From Lama glama (taxonomy: Eukaryota), in the NCBI GenBank assembly GCA_028534125.1, contig CM052817.1:75146001-75210000 (forward strand): a DNA stretch of 64,000 nucleotides, written 5' to 3'. Shown piece by piece: positions 13,518 to 24,562 of this stretch. Position numbers and translations under genes: made by a program. Each line of letters starts with the position of its first letter. Within the stretch, counting starts at the first letter, position 1. The notes beneath the pieces are model-generated. The model searched no databases. It saw nothing but the letters and a program-made list of their open reading frames with translations, and was not told the origin of the DNA.

Positions 13518-15544
13518 GGAATACTACTCAGTCATAAAAAATGAATTAAATAATGCCATTTGCAACACCATGGATGGACCTAAAGATTATCATATTAAGT
13601 GAAGTAAGCCAGAACAAGAGAAGCAAATACCATATGATATCATGTATATGTGGAATCTAAAATATGATACAAATGAACTTATTTACAAAACAGAAAGATA
13701 TTCACAGACATTGAAAACAAACTTACAATTAACAAGGGGGAGAAGGAGTGGGAGAGGGATAAATTAGGAGTTCAGGATTAGAAGGTACAAACTATTATAT
13801 ATATTATAGGTAAACAACAAGGTCCTACTGTATAGCACAGGGAACTATGTTCAATATCCTTTAATAAGCCTTAATGGAAAAGAATATGAAAAATAATATA
13901 TTTATATATATATATAACTGAATTACTTTGCTGTACATCAGAAAGTAGAACAACACTGTAAATCAATTATACTTCAATAACAAATAAGTAAATAAATAAA
14001 TAAATAAAGTTGCCATGTATATCTAAGCCACCATATAATTTTCACTAGCTAGTGTACTTTGTTATTTTTGATGAACAGCATGGAATTGTTGGACCTGCCT
14101 TGCCTGTTGGAAAATCCTTGGGATAAGGGGAGTGTATGTTTGTGCAAGTCAATTATCTGAGGATAAACTTTTTTGAATACTTTTTACTCATACCATGGAT
14201 AGCAAAGTTAACGTCTTGCTTTGATGAGATATTTGTTTTTGCAGATCTATACCAGGCATCATTGAAATCATACTTTTTCTTATACCACACTTAAGGTGGT
14301 AGAATAGTTTCTCTTAACTCTTGAAAATACATAAGTAGCTATTTAAAACATTTTTAAGAATTTAAGAATAGCAAGTATGAATTTTAAATATTATTCTTTT
14401 GTCTTTAACACATATATACTCCCATTACTTCATTCTTAAAAGCAATTAAACCTCGATTTCAGGGCAATAGATTTGAATGGGTAATGGAAAATTCACCCCT
14501 AAATCATCTTATTTTAATAAAGTTGTCAAATTCAGCTCTCATAGGTCAGAATGTTGCCTCAGTTAAAAAAAAAATCTGGTGCGAGATCTGTATATTCATG
14601 GCATGCGTTTCATAAGTCATAAAGCTCTTCATTAAAAAGTTTTGCCCATTATATCAAGAATTTTAAGAAACAACTGGAAATATTTAAATCTGTTCAGAGT
14701 TTTATTATCTTTTTTCAAATCAAGTGAGTGTTAGAGGGTAAAACTAGTTCCAGACTTGGCTTGATTCCATAGAATTAATTCTTCCCAGTGGATATTTTAT
14801 TACATATATTGGATCTGAAAGTGTGAATTAAAATGTTGTATGGTACTAAGACAACCATGTATACTTTGTCATCAGTATTATAATCGCCATCTTTGTATTA
14901 AAAGGGTGTTTTTTCTTCTTCTTGGAATAAACACAAATTCCTCTGGAAACTTGCCCTCCCAGAAATTGGTTATGGTGATAATCAACTTTGGAGTAGACAT
15001 ATATAGTTAACTTCTTCTGTTTGCACACCTCCAGTTTACATCTAAATCTTTTCTTAAAGTGACTAATGCATTTTTGACAGAAGCATTTAAAACTAGCATT
15101 TGGACAATATGGGAACCAGGGCAAGCCTGTGTGTGGGGCTGAAGTGCTACAGGTGGAGTCAAGGTAAACACGCTCTATGAGTCTTCCAACCAACAAGTGA
15201 GCAGAATTGGTCTTTGTGCCAGATCCTTTGTATGACTAACATCTCTTAATTATATTTAAAAAAACTAACAAGATAGGTTCCATTATTTTCTAAATTTTAA
15301 AGACTGAGTTTTTGATTATGTAATTTCCCCAGGATTATACAATGATGTAGGGTTATAATTGTAACCCAAGGGTATCTGATTCCAATGTCCAAATTCTTAA
15401 TTGGAGTGGCTGATACTGCATCAGTCTGTAATACATAAGCAACTTAAAGTTACAGGGGAAGGTGACGTCTTACCTTCTGCCTGCCTGGGCTTATGTGTGA
15501 GAGAAATATAAAAAGATGATTTTAGAGAAAATGTGTAAATTCCA

Positions 15545-15990
15545 GTTATCTCGACACATAACATACTCCCAAATCTCTCATGATTCTGGGAATGACTGGG
15601 CTTAGGTGGGCAATTCTCAGTGGGGCTGCCATGGAGTTTCAGTCAATTGGTAGCTGGGTCTGAGTCATTTTGAAGGTTTTCTTATCCTCATGTCTCACCT
15701 GGGACTTGAGGAGGGGCTGTCAGCCAGAACGCCTCCACATGTCCTTGGTGCGTGTCCTGGACTTTCTCATGCCACGTCAGGTGGGTTCTGAGAACAAGAC
15801 TCTAGGAAAGGAGGCCAGGTGGAAGCTTCTACAACTTAGCCTCAGAAGTCATGGTGTCAGTTCTGCAGTATTGTTTGTCTGAATGTGAGTCACCAAGGCC
15901 AGCCGATATTCAAAGAGAGAGAATTAGACTCCAGCTCTGCCTGGGGGAGGGGGTATCCAGGAATTTGCAGTTATACTTAAAACTACTTCA
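15545..15990 (-). mobile_element. MLT1 (MaLR) LTR, MLT1F/G/H-like
   Basis: ctcatgattctgggaatgactgggcttaggtgggcaattc...gccaggtggaagc...ttagcctcagaagtca...ttcaaagagagagaattagactcca. Confidence 0.7.
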
Positions 15991-16199
15991 GTATACATGT
16001 TTTCTAATCTAATTATTATTATTATTTTTAATACCAGCTAGTGGACTCATTTCCTAATTCCTTGCCAGTTGTTAGGGCATCATTGTTTACAGCTACCCGA
16101 ATATAGGAACCAGGCTGGTTAGTAACATTTGACATACCCTATGGAGTTTTCTGGGGTAACAACTATTAAACTACACATTAAAAACTCGTAACCATTTCA

Positions 16200-16420
16200 A
16201 CTAGACTAGTAATGTGTTGGAATAATAAGAATACTTGCACAGCAACCAGGGACCCGGGTTCCCGGCTTTATTATCACTTACTACTTAATGTGTAGTTGGT
16301 CATGGTCAATTCTCTAAAGTTCTTGAGCCTCAGGTTCCCAATGTGCTAAAGGGAATATACATATTTGTTTGGGTCTCAAATGAGATAATGAGAACAAAAA
16401 TGCTACGATATAAACTTTCT
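16200..16420 (+). mobile_element. MIR SINE
   Basis: ggacccgggttcccggc...cttactac...tcttgagcctcaggttccc...ctcaaatgagataatg. Confidence 0.55.
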
Positions 16421-16544
16421 TTAATGTATAATGAGGATTTCAAAAAGGGGGAAAATTGCCACCCATTAAGTCAAATAAATGTGCTATCTTTAATATGCTG
16501 ACTTTGAAAGCAATGAGAAGACTTTAAATAGGAACAACTTAATA

Positions 16545-16700
16545 TGGTATAGACCTTAGAGACGATCTACCAAACTCCTATTTTACATGTAAAGAAAATG
16601 AGACCACAACAGGTAAGATATTTGCACAAGGTCACGGATCCCTGGCAGGTGTGGCACTGAATTCAGAAGTCCTTGACCAGAGCCTGCACCACAAGATTCC
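16545..16700 (-). mobile_element. MIR SINE fragment
   Basis: ttttacatgtaaagaaaatgagaccacaacaggtaagatatttgcacaaggtcac is the MIR core in reverse orientation. Confidence 0.65.
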
Positions 16701-17284
16701 AGTTTAGAATCTGGTAATAACTTACATGTAAAAAACAATATCACTTGTGCAAGGTTATAACAAACATATTTACATTTTTTGCTTTTTTTATGCACTGGCT
16801 TTACATAAAATTTGCTCTTTGCTCATAACTGTTTTATGTAATCTTTTCGTCAATTTAGCCATTTGAAGTCTGAATTTTTACCATTTGTGTGTTTCAAAGT
16901 TCTTCTTATAGTCCAAAACCAATGTTTTAGTACTAATCATGTTTAAATGTCTCCTCTTTGATTAGATGTAGAAAAGAAATGGGCTCTGATTTTTGTCATT
17001 TTCTGATAGAGCAAGTGAAAATCTAGTCAGGAAATGCATAATGAACTGATAATGTGCAGAAACAAAACCAGAAACCCTTAGCAATCTGCTAAGACATTAT
17101 ATTCTTCTAAGTCCCCTCCCCTTATAGAATATATCCTGGGCTTTTATTTATGGCAGTAAAGTATATTCAAGAAGAAATAAGACAGTGTTTTCAAGTGTAT
17201 ACAATGTATTTTATAGTGTATTTGATGAACACATTTTAAATTTTTAGTAAAAACTGTCTTAGAATAACACTGTCACTTTCTATC

Positions 17285-17615
17285 TTTCTATTCATTTTTA
17301 GGATATCTATTATGTGCTTTGGACCATGTAAGGTGCTAAAGACAAACTGCTGATGAGCTAGAGATGGCTCCCACTTTCAGAGTGAGTAGCTGTGTAAGAA
17401 AGACTGATTAATGGTTAACCATGGGGGAGCATGTTCAGAAACCAGCCAGTGGAGGTACAAGTTCTGAGGAAGTACATTAGAGGTTTGCTGATCAAGACAT
17501 GGGTGGGTACTAAGGAGGTTTCCATTTTGATAGTGACATTTCACCTAAGACAAGTCTTGAAGAAGAGTCTTTCCAGACAGTGTCAGATTCAGGGAACAAA
17601 AACACATGATGATAT
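17285..17615 (-). mobile_element. L2 3' fragment
   Basis: tatctattatgtgctttggaccatgtaaggtgctaaagaca...ataagtgacattt-like segment...ttccagacag. Confidence 0.5.
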
Positions 17616-18099
17616 GTGAATTATAAGCCATATTCATGAATTTTGAGTCTATCTCCAGAACCGCGGGAAGTCTCAGAAGGGACTGAAGTGTTCCTTCTCT
17701 TCCAGGATTTTGGGTAAGTTTCCTTGCATCCTCTTTTTTTTTTTTTTTTTTCAGTGACACATTCTCCACTCCCTGAGCCTAGAGTACATCTGTCTTTCTC
17801 TATGCTAACGCGAGTACAAGACTAGCCATTGCAAAAGACTGAAACACATCAGGAAAGCCTGGAGAGATTCTAAGTTGTGTTTGTTATTATAAAAGAATCA
17901 TGGAAAGTGAGAGCTTATTATTTTTTTTACTGGTTTTAATTTCCCCTCTCCAGCTATAGTTTCATCTACTATCACCCCAAAGAAGTAAAGAGGGATCTAA
18001 TTTAGTAAGTGTTTTAGGTTTTAAAATCTTAGAGTTATCTTTGTTCCAAGAGAAGATTTGGCATGTTTTTTAGAGTAATTTTTCCCTAATATTAGGTTG

Positions 18100-18670
18100 G
18101 TTATACAACTTCAAATGCCAACTGGAATTAGGTAAGTAAACCAAATGAGTAAACTTGGTCATGTTTAAGAAATGAATAAGCAGTTTACATAATTAACTAT
18201 AAAATATCTTGGGGAGAATAATTGGATATTTTGACCATAGCCTGAGTATTAGATGATATTCATACGTTACTGGTAATTTTAGGTGTAATAATGTTACCGT
18301 AGCTATGTGGAAAAAAAGTTACCTTAGTTTTTTTAAAGATGTATACTGAAGCATTTAGAGATTAATATCATGATATGTGCATTTTACATCAAAACATTTT
18401 GCCAGCAAAGGTAAATAAGCATAGAAAGGAAGGGAGTAAAGAATGTTAGGCACTGTGCTTAACTGAAGAGAAGTCTTATAAATTAGGAAGTCATTACTCA
18501 GCTTTCTTCACACAAAGAAATACAGGCCCAGTGTTGGCCAGATGTTCAATTTTTCAAGAGAAGCTATAAATCTAGATTTTTATATGAAACCACCTGCAGT
18601 TTAAATGTTATCACTTAATCAATCAATCTTTAAACACTCTTTATTCCAAACCAAACAGTCTTAAGACCTT
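18100..18670 (+). mobile_element. MER103C-like hAT-Charlie fossil interrupted by an old L1ME/MC 3' fragment (about 18200-18395)
   Basis: aacttcaaatgcc...gccagatgttcaatttttcaagagaagctataaatctagatttttatatgaaa flank an L1-like segment gtattagatgatatt...ttttaggtgtaataatg...gtatactgaagcatttagag. Confidence 0.55.
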
Positions 18671-19149
18671 TAAGAGATTTTTGGAATCTTCAGCCTAGGG
18701 TCACATACAAATGTGAGAGAAATGGGTTCTGGTAGTGAGAAAGTGAGGGGGCAGAAGTAATCATTCAAGGGGAAGTGCTGAATGAATCCTTCTGAAAAAG
18801 GAAGCAGACTAGACATGTCCAAATAGTACATGCTCAAGACGTGGTCGTATAGAGAGATATGTTTCAGAAAAATGTTAATTTCAAGTCCCCTTTCCTCAAG
18901 AATCCTTGTGGGTAGATGCAAATATCAGCCTACATCTGTCCAGTTCTGGATTTTGTATGACTCCTAGGACCTTTGCCTAAATCTGAAAGTAGAAGTCCTC
19001 CAACAATTTCATTGAGTTTTATGCTCCTCTAGTGCGATACAATGTAAAATGAATTAAAATTTACTAAGTGGCATAAAGTAAATATGACATTTATTACAAG
19101 CATTTTGTTGTGTAAAGTTCAAATTTGCTATCGATATTTTGCAATTATT

Positions 19150-19630
19150 GTTTTGGCAAAATGCCAATTTGTGAAAAGTATTAAGCCCAAGGGTAGTGAG
19201 ATCAATATGCTGGCCATTGTAGTGGTCCAGCCTGGAGGGCAGATGGTCTGAACTCAGAATGTACAATGGGGATGTAGTTAAGTGGGTGTTGAAGAATATT
19301 AAAGAAGTTTGATTCACTAGGACTTAGTAATGAGAGGGATAGGCAAATGCAATTTTCAAAGAGCATTACTAGGTTTCAAGTTAGTGAACTAGGTAACTTC
19401 ACAGCATCATCCAGGGACCTAGAGAAGGCTGGTGATTGGGTGTGGGGATTTTGGACATGCTGATATGAGATACATGGGACTTCCTGATCAAGATACACAT
19501 GAGTTATTTAAATATTGAAGCTTAATAGTGAAAACTGAACTAGTGATACAGATTTAGGATCATTAATTTAGTGATGATAGTTAAAGTAGACAAACTGTCA
19601 TGAAAAACGTACAGAAAAAGTTCAGAGTGA
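19150..19630 (-). mobile_element. L2 LINE fragment
   Basis: ggccattgtagtggtccagcctggagggcagatggtctgaactcag...ttttggacatgctga...gatacagatttaggatcatt. Confidence 0.55.
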
Positions 19631-19634
19631 ATAC

Positions 19635-20020
19635 TGTCATTTTAGTCTTCCCAGTTGCCATTCCTTTATTGTTCTGGCTCAAGAGTGTGCACTTGACTCA
19701 AACTAGACCAATCATAAGAAGTAGTCCACTCTCTTGGTTACAGTTATTGGTAAAAGGAGTAGGCATGTGATCCAAATGAGGGTAATCAGAGGTAAAATTA
19801 GAACTGGAAAAAAAAATTTTTTTCTGCTCTTGTGAGCTGTGAGTAGATAATTTCTGAAGCAGCTGTGCGTGGAGAAAACAAGACAGCAATGGAAGAGAAT
19901 GCAGCAAACAGAAAGGCAGCAGAGAAGCAGTAAGTTAGTCCTGATGGAGTTCAAGAGTTTGGTTCCACTTTTTCTCAAAGCCAGTTTTAAATTTTCTTAG
20001 TTGGCTTAAGTTAGTTCTAT
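19635..20020 (+). mobile_element. ERVL-class LTR fragment, LTR16-like
   Basis: aggcatgtgatccaa...aatcagag...gagaatgcagcaaacagaaaggcagcagag...gtcctgatgg...ggcttaagttagtt. Confidence 0.5.
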
Positions 20021-22334
20021 CCCAAAGACAACATTTTAAAGAAACTAAAATATGCAGAGGACTAAAGGCATAGAATCGTAGCTACTGGGGCAGAGGGTGG
20101 GGTAGGGCTTAGGAAGAGGTTTTTCCATATATGTTTATATATATATATACATTTAAAGACAGAAAAAATGAGTTATATTTAAATACTTAGAGGAGAGATC
20201 CAATAGTAAAGAAGTAATTATAGTGAATCAAACTAAAAATGTTAACACTTATTCCGTATCTTTAATAAATAGGGCTATTTTTATCCGATTAATCCCATAT
20301 GACAAAGAATATCCCCCGCCAAAAAAAAAAAAAAAAACCCAAACAAACAAATCTAAGTTTTCAAAATGAGGAATTTAAAAATTTGTAAGAAGAAATAACA
20401 TATAATTTTTCATGGTAATCTTGGCATCAGTATTTTCTCCCTCGATTTTTAAACTCTTTACTTCATGTAAGCAAAGTAATATACTACTGAAATTACAAGT
20501 TGATTTTATTGCAATTAGTAGTATGTTACATATTAAATTTGAATAAACTGATTTCCTCAGATTCACTTATTAGAAGTTTTTTTGGGGATTTATCTTTATT
20601 GTATCTTGATCTTTAGATAAAAAAAAACACTCAAGTTTTATTTAGCAAGCTCTGCATGTTATCCTGACACCCTTAATTGATGTTAAATTCACTAGATACT
20701 TGGACATGTTAAGAATTGTGGTGCTGTCACAGTATTATCCTAAGAGGGAAATGAGCCAGTCAAATGGCTTGGGTTAGGTTAAGTAGTTGGCATAATCATC
20801 AATTTCTATTCCCAGTAAGATTATGGTAAAAACCAATAAATTTACATTCCCACAAGATGGATTTATATTAGGAAATACTAATTGGTATACTGACTATTTC
20901 CAGGCTAAAACTATAATAGATAAAACGTTTCTATTTGGAAGATATTTCAGACAGCAGCAGATAATTACACTCTGGATTTTTTTTTTTTTTGAATTCTTGT
21001 AAAGCAGGTGACCAGCACAAATGGCTCTTAATACTTTCTTTAAACTCATTTGGCCACTTCAATTTCCTACCTGAAAATTATGTTTCTAGAATATTACTAT
21101 GGGTGTCATCCCTTTATTTGCTTAGTATGAGAGGCAATTATTTTGGATTTAAAATGTGTCATTACTAAAGAAAGTTATTCACATGGACTTTTATTAGTAA
21201 GCAGGGGTATGATAAGGCCTTATTTATTATTAATATTATTTTTATTTTTAATAAAATATTTACTATTTTAGTCATGAGTCTATGAAAAGAGAATAAAGGT
21301 GAATTGTATTTGTTGCAATACTTGTTTTCTATGCACTTTCAACTGAAAGACATCCATGTTATTAATTTAAATATGTCCCTTATATTTTTTAAGAGTAGGT
21401 AAGTAGATGCTCAAACTTAATTTTTAAATGTGTTATAAACAACTTCCTATTATGTTGATGGGATATACTAGATACTACTTTTTAAATTTAAAATAAATGG
21501 AAGTACTTCTAATGTATATACTGGCCAATTTGCAATTATGATCTCCATGATGAGATTCTTCCAGGAAATGAGAGGAGCATTATAATTTAAATGGAGTTGT
21601 AGATCTGGTTGATTTTAATTTGTGACCTAGAGGTCAATAGTTATTGGGTGTAATAACCCTCCGGTAATGGGGAAATTCAAGGCACATTTGTATAATGAGA
21701 AATCATAACTAGTTATGGTTCCGGATGATGATTTTTCTCTTTGCCATTCTGATCTACTGCAATTCTGCCTTCATTTTATAGACTTCATACCTCTACATTT
21801 AATATATGTCTTTACTAAGCAAAGTTATAAAGCTAGTCTTTGATTTATAATAAAGTTTATAATATCCAGTATATTCAATGCAGTGCTAATTTTATATGCT
21901 TGCTGTTTTTACATGCATGTTTTTATTATCTTTCTTATAACTCTTGTATTAGTATTTGCCTAATACTTTTTTTCCCTCAGGATTGTCTTTTAGATACACA
22001 GATTTTCCTAGTTTTATTTTTTAATTTATTTTACTAAATTAAAATGCATATCTTCTAGACAGAAGAAAATTAGGAACAGGGCTGTCCTTGCAAAAAACTT
22101 TTTATTGTACATCAGGACAAGAATAAAATTTATTACAGGGTTAGAACTTAGCATTTCCAAGTTAAATGAGAATTACAGTGAAATAACATAAAATCTGATC
22201 TTTATTCAGCATACCTGAGTCAGAGTTTAACCTTGAATTTAGAATAATGCACATCAAAATATAGTCAAAACTTTAAAAACTGAATGAAAAGATTTTACAG
22301 CGCAGAGGTGCTTTACTCAGGAATAACAATAATA

Positions 22335-22570
22335 ATAAGGATAATATAGGAGCAATTACACTGTTACGTAGTAGATAACTACTCTTTAGATGATTATCAT
22401 GCAGTTCTTCAGTTAATTTTCCTAACTACCAGGTGAGAGAGATACTATCATTATACTCATATAAAAATGAGAAATCTGAGATTTAAAAAGATTAACTAGG
22501 TCAAAGTCACATTTGCTATTAAAATGGATTTAAGTCTTTGTGGCTTCAAATCCCATGCTCTATGAACCAC
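22335..22570 (-). mobile_element. MIR SINE
   Basis: ttaattttcctaactaccaggtgagagagatactatcattatactcatataaaaatgagaaatctgagattt...aaagtcaca. Confidence 0.6.
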
Positions 22571-24109
22571 TTTTCTTTGAACTTTTTTTTTTTTTTTTGA
22601 CCATCTGTTTCAGACCTACTGAAACAGAATGTCTGACTGTGGCACATTATAGTCTGCATTTTGACATCTGCATAAGAATTCACTTTTCTTACATACGGTA
22701 GCCTGCAGAAGACAAGAAATACTAGTAAATAATTAATTATGAGTCTAATTTACTTCAAACAATGTACTGATGGACAGGATTGTAGACAGCCCAACAGTAC
22801 AGTGGAGTTAACTGCCTAATTTAGTAGGAAATTGCCTATTTTCAACAGTACATAGACTGGTGAAGTCTTGACAGTACCTTTGTTGAACTTTGCCTCTTCT
22901 GGTTCAGAATGAGTTCTCCATAACCTTAAAATATGTATTTGGTCACTTGTACGTTATCTGTCTCTTTGACAACAATCTGAGTGAAAGGAAATGTTGGAAA
23001 AAACAACAAAATGTGGTGCAGAAGTCCACTCCATTTCCAGTTATGTGGAACATTCCCTCTGAGTGCTTTAAAGAGCCTTGTAGGCACCACTCTTGCTTTT
23101 CAATGAATACATCACAGAGAGTTTGCAGTCATAATTAGAATTTTGTTGCTATCAGCACCACTTTCCTGGATTTTGAACAGCTATTCTAGGTGAAACAGAT
23201 ATGTTTATTTAAGGTCTTTGATATTTAAATAAAAGAATTTTTGTTCACCACTTACTATTAAAAACAAACCCAGAAAACTGATCTACTAGGGGGACATTTT
23301 AAAAGAAATTAAAATCTGAGAATATCAAAGCATGAATTTAGATGCTGAGTGTTTGAAATATGGATGAAAGAAATATTTAATATGTGTGAGGATTTTAAAT
23401 AGCTTCAAATTATTGAATTTTGCTTTATTGGAATCCTGAAAAAATATTCACATTATAAGGTAATCTTGGATAATTTGTGGTAGGTTCAATATAAGTGACT
23501 TTTCTAAAGGTGAAAATCACACTTTAAAAACACAACAAACACAAAACCAAAATATTGAGGTTAAAAAAATAATAATTTCAGGCATGTGAATCATACTTAA
23601 AGGAATAGGCTATTCCCTACCTACCCACCTATAGTGGCAAGTGACTACCTCCTATTGACTGAAAAGGCTTCGGCCAAAGTAAATAATCCTTTCAAATAAG
23701 ACTGATTTGCTCAGCTTTTCAAGTCTTTCAAAGGAACCAGTACTAAGACATACAAACGTATTTTGATATTACAAGATTAAAGGGGTTCATTGTAGAATAT
23801 GTAAATAAAATATAAGCAAAAATAAGAAAAATAAAAATTATCTATAGCCCACCAAATAGATATAATCATGCTTGCAGTATATTTATTTTCACCTTTCCCC
23901 CTCTGCCTTTCAGTACCAGAATCATAGTGGTATGATATTTAATAAATTCTATCCTTCATTTTACAATGTCTTGTATGTTGCCATGTCATAAAATAGTCTT
24001 GCATAACTCTATTTTTTTAAAGGCATTATTCTACTCCCCATTGAGGATTTTTATAAAAACAATGGTAATGAAATAGCTTCTTGTTGAACATAACACCCAT
24101 AGGATATAG

Positions 24110-24310
24110 GGAATAAATATAGGCTGTGGAATAACTTCTTCCAAGCCAAATGACCTGGGCTGTGTTATTTATCTTCTTTGTACCCCTGTCTCTTTAACTG
24201 AACATGTAGATAAATGTTTGCTGCATTGTGGAGATGTGAGCATTAGGTGAGTTAATACTTCTTGAGTACAGTAACAGGAACATGAAACAGCTCTATAAGT
24301 ATGAGGTGCT
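24110..24310 (+). mobile_element. MIR SINE (degraded)
   Basis: aggctgtggaat...tgacctgggc...ttgtggagatgtgagcattaggtgagttaatac. Confidence 0.45.
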
Positions 24311-24454
24311 ATGAAAGGAGAGATAATCATGTATACCTTCCTAGATGTAGAATTTCTGAGTCATAGATAATGCATAATTTTTAAAATTTTTAATGCCTGT
24401 CAAGAAATTCACCAGAGCTGCCCAATGGAAAATACCACACACAGATATCATACA

Positions 24455-24562
24455 TATCTGTATCTGTATCTGTATCTATATCTGTATCTATATCTATATC
24501 TATCTATCTATCTATCATCTATCTATCTATCGAGAGAGAGAGAGAGAGAAAGAGAAAGAGAG
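24455..24562 (+). repeat. Compound microsatellite (TATCTG)n-(TATCTA)n-(TATC)n-(GA)n
   Basis: Read directly. It generates the spurious ICICIYIY and YLYLYL-ERERE ORFs. Confidence 0.95.

Larger units (their letters stand above)
11664..14008 (+). mobile_element. 5'-truncated L1 LINE (cetartiodactyl/camelid type): disrupted ORF2 RT and C-terminus, 3' UTR, (TAAA)n tail
   Basis: ORF fragments at 12135-12353 ([35 protein letters not shown]) and 12639-12920 ([11 protein letters not shown]...[10 protein letters not shown]...[11 protein letters not shown]) are L1 ORF2. The RT motif YADD is at 11917-11928. The 3' UTR reads aacaacaaggtcctactgtatagcacagggaactat. Stops and frameshifts make it inactive. Confidence 0.95.

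Noticed and set aside
14846..15196. 116-aa minus-strand ORF
   Set aside because: Non-ATG start, no recognisable homology and no convincing splice signals; consistent with chance.
22870..22930. Possible 47-nt minus-strand exon (AAG|GTACTG donor)
   Set aside because: Both splice sites are weak and the peptides are unrecognised.
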